From positions 3,866 to 67,865 of the forward strand of contig DAIRFV010000003.1 in the NCBI GenBank assembly GCA_036794905.1: 64,000 nt of DNA, read 5' to 3'. The notes under the pieces are model-generated. The model was not told the DNA's origin, made no database searches, and saw only the letters and a list, made by a program, of their open reading frames with translations. The stretch is from Pyrinomonadaceae bacterium. GTDB lineage: Bacteria > Acidobacteriota > Blastocatellia > Pyrinomonadales > Pyrinomonadaceae. Shown here piece by piece: positions 17,923 to 27,820 of this stretch. The position numbers and the translations under genes are program-made. Every line of letters starts with the position of its first letter. Position 1 is the stretch's first letter.

Positions 17923-19121
17923 GCCTTTTCGAGCGCGCAGGCCGCCTCCACCCCGGGCGTCGCTTCCGCGCGCGGCGCGAGGGCGGCGAGCGATTTGGCG
18001 AGATCGAAATGTTCGAGGTAGAACCGGCGCGCCCTCCCGCCGAGCGCCTTGCGGCGTGCCGGGTCGGACAGCAGCTCGTTCGCCAGCCCGACGATCTCGG
18101 CCGCCGCCGGGCCCGGCGATAAAGCGAGCCCGGCCGAGTGAAGCCACACGGGCTCGCTCAGTTCTCCGAGATTGCTGACGACGGCCACGCCGTTGGCGAG
18201 CGCGGCCATCAGGGAGGTGCGGCGGCTGCTCGCGCCGTCGGGGTAGGGCTGCACGACGAGGTCGCAGGCCTGTAGGTGCAGCGACACGTCGCGCGCCGCG
18301 AGGCGGCCCGTCGCGCGCAGCCGCCCCTCGAACTCAGGGCGTAGACGTAGCAGGCCGGCGACGAACTCCTCGCCCCGTGCCCCGAGACACAGCCCGACGG
18401 CCTCGGGTCGCGCCCCCAGCAGTTCCGCGAAGACGCGCGAGAGCGCGCCGGTCGCGAGTCCGCCGTAAGTCCCGAAGTGGCCGACGACGACCGCGCCGGC
18501 CGCGCCGCCCGTGAGTTCGGCGCGGAGCCGCGCGACGGCCGCCTCGTCCTCGACGAAAGGGATGGTGGACGGAATCGGCAACCAGACCGTGCGCAGGCGG
18601 CGCGGCCAGGCGTAAGGGCCGAGCAGACGCTCCCAGGCCGGGATCGAGACGTAGACGACGCGGCTCGACGCGAGCAGCAGGAGGGCCATCAAGCGCTGTG
18701 CGAAGGCGAGCAGATTCAGGCGCAGGGGCTGGCGCGCGAAGTAGTAGAAGGGCTCGTGGAACATGACCCGCACGTCGTCGCCCGCCCAGAGGCGGCGCCA
18801 CAGCAGCCACAGGCAGCAGAGGACGTTGAGCCCGCGCAGCCCGAGCGCGTTCGGCGCGTACTGGACGAGGAGCGTGCGCGGCCGGCGCCTGCGCGACAGG
18901 GCGCGGTCCAGGCGGAAGAGGCCGGCCGGGGCGAAGCCCCCGCGCACGCGCCGCACCTCGACGCCCTCCCGCCGCGGCGACTCGCCCTCGCACTCGGGAC
19001 ACCAGACGCTCACGGCGTGCCCCTCGGCGGCGAGGCCCGCGGCCAGCAACTCCGTGTAGTCGCCGATCCCGCCACGCTGCGGCGGGTACTCGCCGGTGAT
19101 GACGTGCCAGTCGGTCGTCAC
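17919..19121 (-). CDS. Glycosyltransferase, GT-B fold
   Basis: The 400-aa ORF has the N-terminal ITGEYPPQRGGIGDYTELLAAGLAAEGHAV, typical of GT4-type enzymes. Its GTG start overlaps the upstream stop (GTGA). Confidence 0.75.
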   Translation of the reverse strand: MTTDWHVITGEYPPQRGGIGDYTELLAAGLAAEGHAVSVWCPECEGESPRREGVEVRRVRGGFAPAGLFRLDRALSRRRRPRTLLVQYAPNALGLRGLNVLCCLWLLWRRLWAGDDVRVMFHEPFYYFARQPLRLNLLAFAQRLMALLLLASSRVVYVSIPAWERLLGPYAWPRRLRTVWLPIPSTIPFVEDEAAVARLRAELTGGAAGAVVVGHFGTYGGLATGALSRVFAELLGARPEAVGLCLGARGEEFVAGLLRLRPEFEGRLRATGRLAARDVSLHLQACDLVVQPYPDGASSRRTSLMAALANGVAVVSNLGELSEPVWLHSAGLALSPGPAAAEIVGLANELLSDPARRKALGGRARRFYLEHFDLAKSLAALAPRAEATPGVEAACALEKA

Positions 19122-20362
19122 GACGCTACCGCGGCCCCCGCTCCAATGACGCGCGACGTTCGTGACGCGTCCGCGCCGGCCGCCCCGCGAAAAATCTCTT
19201 CGAGGAGATTCAGGTGCTTCTCCAGGCTCATCTCACGCGCCACGCATTGCGCCGCGGCGGCCATCTCGCCGAGCCTCTCCGGGTCTGCGAAGGCTTCGAC
19301 GAGCGCCGCCGCGAGGCTGCGGTGGTCGGGCGGAGACGCGCTCGCCAGCAGACCGTTGACGCCGTCCTTGAGCCACTCGCCGACGCCGCCCACGTCGAAG
19401 GCCACGGCCGGCACGCCCGCCCGCGCGGCTTCGAGGCCGACGAGCCCGAACGGCTCCGGCCACACGCTCGGCACCGCCAGCAGCGAGACTTCGCTCAACA
19501 GCTCCTCGCGCCCCTCGTCGTCCACCCAGCCCGTGAAGCGGTGAGCCACACCCAGCTTCCGCGCCAGAGCTTCCCAGCCCGCGCGCTGCGGCCCGTCCCC
19601 CGCCAACGTGAGCCTGACCCTCAGGCCCGAGCGGCGCGCGGCCTCGGCCGCCGCCCGGATCAGCACGTCGCCCCCTTTGAGCTTCGTCATCCGGCCGAGG
19701 AACAGGACGTGGGGCTCCGCCCTTTCCCGCGCGCGCGCCCCGCCAGACCGCGGCACGCCCGCGCCCGTGGGGAAGAGGGGCGCGACGTGGACGCGCTCCG
19801 CCGGGATGCCGTTCGCGACGTACTCGCGCCGCATGTGCTGGCTGGCCACCACGACCGCCGCGTAGCCGTCGAAGAGTTCGTGCTGGCGCGCGGCCCAACG
19901 GTAATGACTGAACATCTTCGACGGGCTCATCTGGCCGCAGCCGCGCGGGAGGTAGTGGAGGAGACAGGCCGTCCCGAACCGCCGCCCGCACGGGCGCGCG
20001 CCGAGGGTCGAGTGCGTTTTCAGTCCTCCGATGCAGGTGCCGAAGTATCCGTGCATCAGCTTCACCACCGGCCACGTCTGCTGAAACAGCCCTTCGAGCC
20101 GGAGGCTGTTCATGTTGTGTGAGAAGCAGAGGTCGGGCGCCCACGAGCGCGCCCGCTCGACGGCGGCCGCCGCCGCTGCCCCGCCCCCGCCGAAGAAGGT
20201 CATCCCCGCCGGGAACCGACCCCTTTCGGACTCAGACTCCGTCCCGCAGTGGAAGAGGGCCAATTCGTGGCCGCGCGCGTCGAGGCCGTGTGTCACGGCT
20301 TCGAGGTAGCTCTGCACGCCGCCGCCGTCCCCCAGCCCGTCGTTTGCGAACAGTATCCTCAC
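19118..20362 (-). CDS. Glycosyltransferase, GT-B fold
   Basis: PEPFGLVGLEAARAGVPAVAFDVGG motif. The start is tentatively set to the GTG at 20362 (VRILFANDGLGDGGG...) so that it clears the upstream FkbM gene, which ends at 20370. Confidence 0.7.
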   Translation of the reverse strand: MRILFANDGLGDGGGVQSYLEAVTHGLDARGHELALFHCGTESESERGRFPAGMTFFGGGGAAAAAAVERARSWAPDLCFSHNMNSLRLEGLFQQTWPVVKLMHGYFGTCIGGLKTHSTLGARPCGRRFGTACLLHYLPRGCGQMSPSKMFSHYRWAARQHELFDGYAAVVVASQHMRREYVANGIPAERVHVAPLFPTGAGVPRSGGARARERAEPHVLFLGRMTKLKGGDVLIRAAAEAARRSGLRVRLTLAGDGPQRAGWEALARKLGVAHRFTGWVDDEGREELLSEVSLLAVPSVWPEPFGLVGLEAARAGVPAVAFDVGGVGEWLKDGVNGLLASASPPDHRSLAAALVEAFADPERLGEMAAAAQCVAREMSLEKHLNLLEEIFRGAAGADASRTSRVIGAGAAVAS

Positions 20363-20369
20363 GGCCCCT

Positions 20370-21236
20370 CTAACCGCGCCTCGGCCGCAGGCGCAGACAG
20401 ACGCCCTCAATCGCCCACATGTCTTCGCAGCCGTCGGGCGGCTCGGCCTCGAGACCCTGCGCCTCAAGCTCCGCGAGCATGTCCTCTTTCGACAGGCCTA
20501 ACTCGGCCCACGTCGTCGGGTGCATCTCGACGAAGACCGCGAGCCGGTCGCCCGCCCTGCGGATCGTCTCGCGCGCGCCCCGCAGGACGGCCAGCTCGAA
20601 GCCCTCCACGTCGATCTTCAAAAGGTCGGGCGTCACGCCCTCGCGCGCGCAGAACTCGTCCACGCTCACGGTCGGCACGCGCACCGCCCGCGGGGACGCG
20701 GCGCCCTCGGCGCCCGCGGCCAGGCGGCTCGTGCCCTGGTTGTCGAGGACGAGGAAGTCCGCGGTCGCGGACTCGTCGGAGACGGCCGTCCGCACCGCCC
20801 GCACCACGCCGCCGAGCCCGTTGAGGGCGATGTGGCGCTCCAGCCCGGCGAAGGTGGCGGGCGCAGGCTCGAACGCGAAGACCTTGCCGGCGGCGCCGAC
20901 CCACTGCCCGAAGAGCATCGAGTAGCAGCCGACGTTGGCCCCGATGTCGAAGGCGACCTGCCCCGGCCCCAGCGCCGCCCTGAAGGCGCGGTACTCGTCC
21001 TGATTCCAGGAGACGTACCGGTACGCCGGAGCGATGCGCACGCTCTCGCCGCCCGGCAGGCGGCATTCGAGCCCGCGCCCCCCGGTCTGCAAGTCGAGCA
21101 TCGCGTGGTAGGCGCGCTTCACGAGCGGGCGCAGACGCGTCCCCCGCACCACGCGCCGCGCGACGGCGCCCGCCCGCTCGACGAGCCCCGGCTCGCGAAA
21201 CTTCTCGCTCTCGGCTACGGTCAATCTCTCGCCCAT
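20370..21236 (-). CDS. FkbM-family methyltransferase
   Basis: AFDIGANVGCYSMLF...KVFAFEPAP...LKIDVEGFELAVLRGA are classical FkbM motifs. Confidence 0.85.
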   Translation of the reverse strand: MGERLTVAESEKFREPGLVERAGAVARRVVRGTRLRPLVKRAYHAMLDLQTGGRGLECRLPGGESVRIAPAYRYVSWNQDEYRAFRAALGPGQVAFDIGANVGCYSMLFGQWVGAAGKVFAFEPAPATFAGLERHIALNGLGGVVRAVRTAVSDESATADFLVLDNQGTSRLAAGAEGAASPRAVRVPTVSVDEFCAREGVTPDLLKIDVEGFELAVLRGARETIRRAGDRLAVFVEMHPTTWAELGLSKEDMLAELEAQGLEAEPPDGCEDMWAIEGVCLRLRPRRG

Positions 21237-21276
21237 GCTTGTTTTTTCGCCGCCCCTCCATCAGCCCTCTCTCGAC

Positions 21277-22038
21277 TCAGGGTAGAACAGGCCGTCGCAG
21301 GCGGCCCGCGTTGCGCGCCGTGACCTGCGGCGAGATAAATATCGCGTCCCCCCAGGCGAGGTCTCCGGTCGCTTTGTGGGAGAAGTTGTACTGGTCGAAC
21401 AGGGCGTAGCCGTGGTCATGCAGGAAGCGGCTGACGTCGTGAAAAAACGCCTGCCCTTCGTACATCGGCGAGAACAGAATTTCCGTGTAGATGAGTGCGA
21501 CGGCCTTGCGCCGCAACTGCCCCGTTGCGCCTTCGAGCGCCATCAGCTCCCCGCCCTGAATGTCCATCTTGAGGATGTGCACTTCGTCCAGTCCTTCCCG
21601 CTCGCAAAACTCGTCGAGGGTAGTCATCGGCACGTCGAGCGTCCCCACCGGTTCGAGGTCTTCCCCCGTGAGGCAGGGCAGGAGTGAGTTCGTGTAGTGA
21701 CTCTTGTTCACGTAGAAGGTTTCCGTGCCCACCCGGTTCCCGACCGCCTGCGGGATCGGCTTCACGCGCCCGTCACGGCCGAACCGCTCGACCAGTCGGG
21801 CGAAAGACTCCGGGTAAGGTTCGAAGCTGTAGATGGAGGCCGCCGGGAACAGAGACCGGTATTTGATGGCGGTCTGTCCGGCATTCGCGCCCACGTCCAG
21901 AATGGTTCGCACGTCAACCCCCGAGAGCAGCACCTCCTGCTCCGCGAACGCATCCTTCTCGCCGCACGCCCGGGTGATGCGGTGAAGGTCGTAGCCCCTG
22001 CGCCGGAGCGACGCTTTGATGAGCCTCCTCAGTCTCAT
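21277..22038 (-). CDS. FkbM-family methyltransferase
   Basis: ILDVGANAGQTAIKY...IYSFEPYPESF...LKMDIQGGELMALEGA. I trimmed the start to the ATG at 22038 (MRLRRLIK...), which forms an ATGA overlap with the upstream stop. Confidence 0.8.
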   Translation of the reverse strand: MRLRRLIKASLRRRGYDLHRITRACGEKDAFAEQEVLLSGVDVRTILDVGANAGQTAIKYRSLFPAASIYSFEPYPESFARLVERFGRDGRVKPIPQAVGNRVGTETFYVNKSHYTNSLLPCLTGEDLEPVGTLDVPMTTLDEFCEREGLDEVHILKMDIQGGELMALEGATGQLRRKAVALIYTEILFSPMYEGQAFFHDVSRFLHDHGYALFDQYNFSHKATGDLAWGDAIFISPQVTARNAGRLRRPVLP

Positions 22039-23066
22039 CGGATCGAGCCCCGCGCCCCGGTTCGCCCGGCGTCCGCGGGCGCCGCGCCGTGCGCCCGCCC
22101 GCCCGGCGGCGTGACACGGCGGGCCGTCACCAGCAGCCGTATCCCGGTGATCTTTCGCGTGTACTTCGCGCCGCCCGCCCGCAACCACCACCCCAGCGTC
22201 ACCAGGCGTCGGCGCCAACGCTTCTCGTACCAGGCCGAGGCGAGGCCGTGCAACGTGGCGAGGTGCGCCGCCGCGCCCGTCACCGAGAAGGGCTCGTAGA
22301 TGACGGACTCGACGCGCCAGCCGTGGCGGGCCAGGAAGATTTCCAACGCCTTCGGAGTCCAGCGCAGCGTGTGCTGCGGGGGGTAGTCCCAGAAGTCACT
22401 GCGCTCGACCCGCTGCGGGTGGTTGAAGGCGCGTGTGTAACGCACGTCGGACGGGCAGCCGACGATGAGCAGCGCGCCCGCGCGCGCCACCGCCGCAATC
22501 TGCTCGAACACCCGGTCGGGCTCCCGCAGATGCTCAATCACCTGAAACAGGGTGACGACATCGAAACCCTGCGGCCCGTCGAATAAGCGCCCGATCTCGC
22601 CCACGTCGGCGAGCCGGGCATCCAAACCGCGCCGCCGCGCCGCCTCCACGTCCTCGGCCGAAAAGTCTATGCCGGTCATCTCGTGGCCGAGCGCGGCCCC
22701 GCGTTCGAGGAACAGCCCGTCGGCACAACCGATGTCCAGGACTTTCGAACGCGGCATGCGTCCCAGGATGTCGGCCGCCGCGGCGTGGTCGAATCCGAGG
22801 CCGTGCTCTTCATGCGGGTAGTGACCCGACGACCACGAAGACATGGGTCGTGCGTGCTCAAGCCCGCAACGGCGGCACATCCAGAACTCCACGTGCGCCT
22901 GCCCCAGGTCCTCCTCTATAAAAGCGCGCACGGTCTCGAACCCTTCACCCTCGCCGCGGAAGCTCTCCCGAGACCAGTGGTCGGCCAGAGGGTCAATCGA
23001 CACGGCCTCGACCAACTCAAGCTCGGCCGAGGCGCAGGCGGGGCAGGAATCAACCTGGTGGGCCAT
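22035..23066 (-). CDS. Class I SAM-dependent methyltransferase with an N-terminal 4-Cys zinc-ribbon-like segment
   Basis: CPAC...CRRCG in the first ~70 aa, then VLDIGCADGLFLERG (motif I) and VVTLFQVIEHL. Confidence 0.8.
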   Translation of the reverse strand: MAHQVDSCPACASAELELVEAVSIDPLADHWSRESFRGEGEGFETVRAFIEEDLGQAHVEFWMCRRCGLEHARPMSSWSSGHYPHEEHGLGFDHAAAADILGRMPRSKVLDIGCADGLFLERGAALGHEMTGIDFSAEDVEAARRRGLDARLADVGEIGRLFDGPQGFDVVTLFQVIEHLREPDRVFEQIAAVARAGALLIVGCPSDVRYTRAFNHPQRVERSDFWDYPPQHTLRWTPKALEIFLARHGWRVESVIYEPFSVTGAAAHLATLHGLASAWYEKRWRRRLVTLGWWLRAGGAKYTRKITGIRLLVTARRVTPPGGRAHGAAPADAGRTGARGSIR

Positions 23067-24590
23067 CTATTCTTGCGGGATCAACCTCATCCGCACCAGC
23101 AGGGGCTGAAGCTTGACGGGGAAGGGCAACCCGCCATAGAGGGGCCGCATGTGCCACAGGTACAGCAGCCCCATCAGCGGGGCGCAGAGGGCTAACAGCC
23201 AGGGCGCGCGGGGGGTGATCCAGTGCCCGACCAAGGCCCCCAGGATCAGCATGACGAGGCCCCGCAAACCCCACGAGGCGAAGACACGCCGCCACAGCTC
23301 GGCGGCCGTCAGACCCGAGACCTGACACAGATACCTGACCCCGAGCGGCGCGGCCAGCAGTAACGCGCTGAGGAGGGAGGCGGCGGCGACGCCCGGCAGC
23401 CCCCAGGCTTTGCCGAGGACGACCGCGAAGGTGATATTCAGCGCCCCCTGAAGTAGAGTCGCCACACCTATCTGGAGGCGCTTCCCGATGACCGAGGCCG
23501 TGGCGAAGAGGCCGTGGACCAGCGACAGCAGGATGACGTTGGCCGCGAGCAGGCTGTTCAGAGTGTGCCCGCCGAACTTGCCCGCGCCGACCCACAGGCC
23601 GACGAAGGCGGCGTTAAAGCCGAGCACGACGTAGGCGACGCCCCCCGACGCGATGAGGAGCATGCGCAGCATGGTGAGCGCGACCTCTCGGACGCGCTCG
23701 CCGCGCCCCTCGCCCGACAACTGCGCGAGCCCGATCAGCCCGCTGTCGCCGAGCTGCCAGGCCATCTGCATCAGGATGTCGCCCATCTTCGTCGTGCAGG
23801 CGTAGACCACCGCGGCCTCCGGGTTCGCTATCGCGACGATGACGAGGCTGTTGCTCGCCGCCACCATCCTCCAGCCGAGCCCGCCGAGCCAGACGCCGAG
23901 CCCGTCGCGGAGCAGCCACAGGAAAGTGGCGCGCGACGGCGCGCGCGGGCGCGTGACGAGGTCGGGCGCGATGTGTCTCAGGCGCAGGAAGCAGACGAGC
24001 GAGGCCGCGAGCGGGGGGGCCACCGCCGCCACGGCCAGCGCGTAGAGCCCGTATCCTCCGGCCAGCAGCCCGAGCAGCAGGCAGATGTTCATCGCCCAGC
24101 TGACGACGCCAATCACCCCGCCGAACACGACGTCCTGGAGCGCCTGGAGCGTCGCGTTGAAGGCGCGCAGGGGGAAAACGGCGGAGGTGCCGACGGCGAT
24201 GACGAGCAAAGGCCCCCACAGGCTCTCGCGTTGGGCGTCGTGGAGGTCGATGACCCGCGCGGCGCCGTGCCAGAGCGTGAGCGCGACGACGAGGTAGGCG
24301 ACGCCCGTCAGGGTCGCCACGAAGATGGCGTTGCCGAGCAGCTCTCGTATCTTCCGCCGGTCGCCCTCGCCGTCCTTCTGCGCGATGATCCACGGCAGGA
24401 CCCCGAGCACCCCGAGGTCAACCATGGCCGAGTAGGCCAGCAGCTCGCCGCACGCGAGCCACAGGCCGTACTGCCCGGCGCCGACCTCCCGCAGGATGGT
24501 CGGCACCAGCACGATCCCGGAGACGAAGGCCAGCCCGAACTGGACGTAGCTGAAGGCGGCGACGAGCGCGGCCTTACGAGTCCGACTCAC
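23067..24590 (-). CDS. Polysaccharide flippase (Wzx-like, MOP superfamily)
   Basis: About 507 aa with a polytopic hydrophobic profile. The N-terminus SRTRKAALVAAFSYVQFGLAFVSGIVLVPTILREVGAGQYGLW is typical of polysaccharide biosynthesis (PST) proteins. I trimmed the start to the GTG at 24590, which overlaps the GT2 stop (GTGA). The track's 784-aa version has an Arg/Pro-rich false extension. Confidence 0.8.
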   Translation of the reverse strand: MSRTRKAALVAAFSYVQFGLAFVSGIVLVPTILREVGAGQYGLWLACGELLAYSAMVDLGVLGVLPWIIAQKDGEGDRRKIRELLGNAIFVATLTGVAYLVVALTLWHGAARVIDLHDAQRESLWGPLLVIAVGTSAVFPLRAFNATLQALQDVVFGGVIGVVSWAMNICLLLGLLAGGYGLYALAVAAVAPPLAASLVCFLRLRHIAPDLVTRPRAPSRATFLWLLRDGLGVWLGGLGWRMVAASNSLVIVAIANPEAAVVYACTTKMGDILMQMAWQLGDSGLIGLAQLSGEGRGERVREVALTMLRMLLIASGGVAYVVLGFNAAFVGLWVGAGKFGGHTLNSLLAANVILLSLVHGLFATASVIGKRLQIGVATLLQGALNITFAVVLGKAWGLPGVAAASLLSALLLAAPLGVRYLCQVSGLTAAELWRRVFASWGLRGLVMLILGALVGHWITPRAPWLLALCAPLMGLLYLWHMRPLYGGLPFPVKLQPLLVRMRLIPQE

Positions 24591-25504
24591 GAACCCTCCC
24601 GGCGCCCCTGCCGCCCCAGCGCGAAACGTCGCATCTGCCTCAGCGTCGCGACCCACCCCCGCCCGCCGGCGCGCCGAACCCAGGTGCGGCGCGGGCGTCG
24701 GTGCTCCGCCCGGATGACCTCGTCCCAACGCCGGTGGAAGGTCAGGCCGTTGGCGAGCACGCGACTCTTGTACTGCTCGCCGAGCACGTGCCCCAGCGTC
24801 GCGCTGCCGAGGTGGTAATAGGCGCCGAGCCTCTCGTAGCCGTGGGTGGCGATCTTCCAGCCCGCCCGGCGGATGCGGAAACAGAGGTCGGCCTCGTCCC
24901 ACTCGGTCGGGCGGAAGGCTTCGTCGAGCAGGCCGACGCGGTCGAGGCACTCGCGCCGGACGACCCACGGGCGCATCACCGTGTCCACCTCCTGCAGGCG
25001 GAACCAGTTGAGCGGCCGCTTCCCGATGGTGCTCTCCAGCCTCCGCCAGTCCACGAGCTGTTCCCAGGTGTTGATGGGCTCGTCCAGGGGGTGACAGTTG
25101 AGGCCGCGGCTGAGACTGACGAGGCCGATCTCTTCGTACTGCCGGAACGTGTCGATCAGCTCGCCGACGAACCAGCGGCCTTGCAGAATCATGTCGCACT
25201 GCCAGGCGACGAGCAGCGAGCCCCGCGCCTCGGCGAACCCCCGGTTCGTGCACTTCAACTCGTGCACGTCGTCCTCGTGGAACCAGCGCAGGTGCCGCCG
25301 GCCCCACCCGGTGCGCGACAGCCCTTCGAGGTATTCGCGTGTGCCGTCGGTGCAGCCGTCCTCGATGACGAGGACTTCGACGGGTTGGCCCGCGGCCACC
25401 CGCCGCCAGCCTTCGAGGCATCGTTCGAGCACGGCCCTGTTGTTGTGGGTCGGCACGACGACCGAGACGACGGGGGAGGGCTGTTCGAGCTTTGCGTCTT
25501 GCAC
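24587..25504 (-). CDS. Glycosyltransferase family 2
   Basis: VSVVVPTHNNRAVLERCLEG...VLVIEDGCTDGT are GT-A motifs. Confidence 0.85.
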   Translation of the reverse strand: MQDAKLEQPSPVVSVVVPTHNNRAVLERCLEGWRRVAAGQPVEVLVIEDGCTDGTREYLEGLSRTGWGRRHLRWFHEDDVHELKCTNRGFAEARGSLLVAWQCDMILQGRWFVGELIDTFRQYEEIGLVSLSRGLNCHPLDEPINTWEQLVDWRRLESTIGKRPLNWFRLQEVDTVMRPWVVRRECLDRVGLLDEAFRPTEWDEADLCFRIRRAGWKIATHGYERLGAYYHLGSATLGHVLGEQYKSRVLANGLTFHRRWDEVIRAEHRRPRRTWVRRAGGRGWVATLRQMRRFALGRQGRREGS

Positions 25505-25559
25505 GTCTCTGGTGTGCGGGGCGGGCCGCGCCGCCGGGTCGCGGGCGGAGGTCGTCGGG

Positions 25560-26495
25560 TTAGTCAGACGCCTTCCGCGCGTAGGCTTGCAGGTTCAGGG
25601 CGAGCGGCGTGTGCGTGCCGCCGGGCAGGTAGCGGCCCGCCCCGTAGACGCCCAGCCGGAAGGCGTTCGACAGGCGGGTGCGCGCCGAACGCGACCCCGT
25701 GTTCAGCTCGGGCGCGCCGACCGAGATGGAGATGTCGCAAAAGCCCCCGCGCTCCAGCGCGGCGCGCAGCGACCTCGGCGAGAAGTGGTTAATGTGCACG
25801 AGGTTGTCCGCGACCGAGACGCGGTAGCCCTTCGACAGCCGCGCGCGGACGTGCTCCTTGAGGAGCTGGTTCGGGCCGCAGGGGACTTTGATGGCGACCC
25901 AGCCGCCGTCCTCAAGCAGCCCGCCGATGTGGCCGAGCAGCCTCACCGGGTCGGGGATGTGTTCGAGCACGTCGAGCATGGTGACGGCCGCATACCTGCG
26001 CCCCTCGGTCGCCAGCGCGTGCGCGTTGACGCGGTGGACTGTCAGCCCCGTCCTGCGCGCGGCGAAGGCGGCGGTGCGCGGATTCAACTCGATGCCTTCG
26101 GCCGCCCAGCCGGCGCGCCCGGCGAAATGTATGAAGCGGCCGACGTGCGCCCCTACGTCGAGCAGGCGGCGCCGGCCCGGCGGCACCCGGCGGCCGAGCG
26201 CCCGCAGCACGTCGCGGAAGATCATATCCTTCCACCCCGACTCGAACTCCTGCTCGACCCAGTCGGGCGCCCAGTGCTGGTCGTACATGCGGTCGAAGTA
26301 GTCGGGCAGGGTCGGCAGCACGTCCGGCTGCGCGAAGCCGCACGCCGCGCAGCGCCGGAGGCGGAACGAGTGCCCGGTGTAGTCGGCCAGCTCCGGGTCC
26401 TGCTCACGATACTCCTTGAAATCGAAGCGCCCGGAGTGGACTGCCTTGAGCCGCCCGCCGCCGCAGACCCAGCAGGCATCGAGGGGTTGAAACAT
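25560..26495 (-). CDS. Class I SAM-dependent methyltransferase with an N-terminal 4-Cys zinc-ribbon-like segment
   Basis: CWVCGG...CAACG, then LLDVGAHVGRFIHFA (motif I) and AVTMLDVLEHI. The start is set to the internal ATG at 26495 (MFQPLDACW...). Confidence 0.7.
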   Translation of the reverse strand: MFQPLDACWVCGGGRLKAVHSGRFDFKEYREQDPELADYTGHSFRLRRCAACGFAQPDVLPTLPDYFDRMYDQHWAPDWVEQEFESGWKDMIFRDVLRALGRRVPPGRRRLLDVGAHVGRFIHFAGRAGWAAEGIELNPRTAAFAARRTGLTVHRVNAHALATEGRRYAAVTMLDVLEHIPDPVRLLGHIGGLLEDGGWVAIKVPCGPNQLLKEHVRARLSKGYRVSVADNLVHINHFSPRSLRAALERGGFCDISISVGAPELNTGSRSARTRLSNAFRLGVYGAGRYLPGGTHTPLALNLQAYARKASD

Positions 26496-26679
26496 TTGAA
26501 CGTGTTCTAAGCTCACGGGACGGCCCCGGCAATCACATCGACGACGTTGCCGAGGCGAGCCCAGCTCTCGCCCCGCGCGAAAGTGGTCGCCGCCAGGCGT
26601 CACACTCCCGAGCCACCTCCCGGCAATGCTCACCCAACACGGATCCGCCCATGCACTTTACCCGGCGGCGCGCGCCCCT

Positions 26680-27819
26680 TCAGTCGGAGGCGGCGACGCT
26701 GGCGTCTATCTGCTCCGCCATCCGCTGCCACGTGTGCGCCCGCAGGTCTTCTGACAGGGCCGAGACGCTCTCGCGGATCGATCCCATGTTGAGCCGCCAG
26801 TGACGGAGGCGGGCGGCGAGGTCGCGCGCGTCCTCCGCGTCGGGCAACAGCAGGCAGTCGAGGGTCGCCGGGTAGTGCTCGGCGACGCCCGCCGAGGCGC
26901 TCACGAGCGCGGGCAGGCCCCGGCACAGCGACTCGCGCACACCGAGGCCGTAAGCCTCGTAGCGCGCCGGGTGGGCCAGGGCATCGCAGGCCGCCAGCAC
27001 GCGCGGCACGTCGCGCCGGAAGCCCAGAAATCGTATGCGCCCGCCGAGGCCCTCGGCCTGCGCGCGTCTCCTCCACGCCGCCAGCTCCGCCCCCCGGCCG
27101 ATCACCGCCAGGTCGCAGTCCCAGCCGCGCCCGCGGCACAACTCGCGCCACGCCTCGTAGAGCGTGTCGAAGCCCTTGCGGCGATCCGAGAGCGCGCCGA
27201 CGAAGGCGACGGTCGGCCCGCCGTCCGCCCAGCCCAGTTCGCGTTTCGCCGCCCGCCGCCCCTCGGGGGTGACGGGCGCGAAGCGGTCGGGGTCGCTCCC
27301 GTAGTAGACGACGCGCGCGCGCGACTCCGGCACGCCCAGGCGTTCGACCACGTCGAGGCGCGTCCGCTCGCTGTTGCAGAGCACGAGCCGGGCGCGCTTG
27401 AGGGCCGCGCGCTCGGCCGCCAGCGCGTAGCGGTGCGCGAGCCTGCTCCGGTAGCCGTAGAGGGCCGTGCCGCGCGACTCCGGGCGGTAGGCCGCGTGGA
27501 CGTAGTGTACCCAGTTCACGTCGCCCCACAGACAGTTGCCGCCGTTGACGACGACGCGCCCGCCGGCGGCGGCGACGGCCGAGGCGCGCGCGCGCCCCTT
27601 GAAGTCGAGCAGCGGGCCGCCGAGCAGGTAGGAGTTCGCGGGCTTGGGCACCTGGTGGACGGAGACGTTCGCTCTCGCCGACAACTCCTCGTCGGCCCGG
27701 TGCGTCACGAGTTGCACCGAGTGGCCGAGCGCCGCGAGGTGGTCGGCGAGCGCGAAATTCGCCATGTCCATTCCGCCCGTCCGCACGAAGTCGCCGGTCA
27801 CAATCAGGTAGGAGTTCAA
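26680..27819 (-). CDS. Glycosyltransferase, GT-B fold
   Basis: IVTGDFVRTGGMDMANFALADHLAALGHSVQLV at the N-terminus and YEAYGLGVRESLCRGLPALVS (EX7E-like). Confidence 0.8.
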   Translation of the reverse strand: MNSYLIVTGDFVRTGGMDMANFALADHLAALGHSVQLVTHRADEELSARANVSVHQVPKPANSYLLGGPLLDFKGRARASAVAAAGGRVVVNGGNCLWGDVNWVHYVHAAYRPESRGTALYGYRSRLAHRYALAAERAALKRARLVLCNSERTRLDVVERLGVPESRARVVYYGSDPDRFAPVTPEGRRAAKRELGWADGGPTVAFVGALSDRRKGFDTLYEAWRELCRGRGWDCDLAVIGRGAELAAWRRRAQAEGLGGRIRFLGFRRDVPRVLAACDALAHPARYEAYGLGVRESLCRGLPALVSASAGVAEHYPATLDCLLLPDAEDARDLAARLRHWRLNMGSIRESVSALSEDLRAHTWQRMAEQIDASVAASD

Positions 27820-27820
27820 C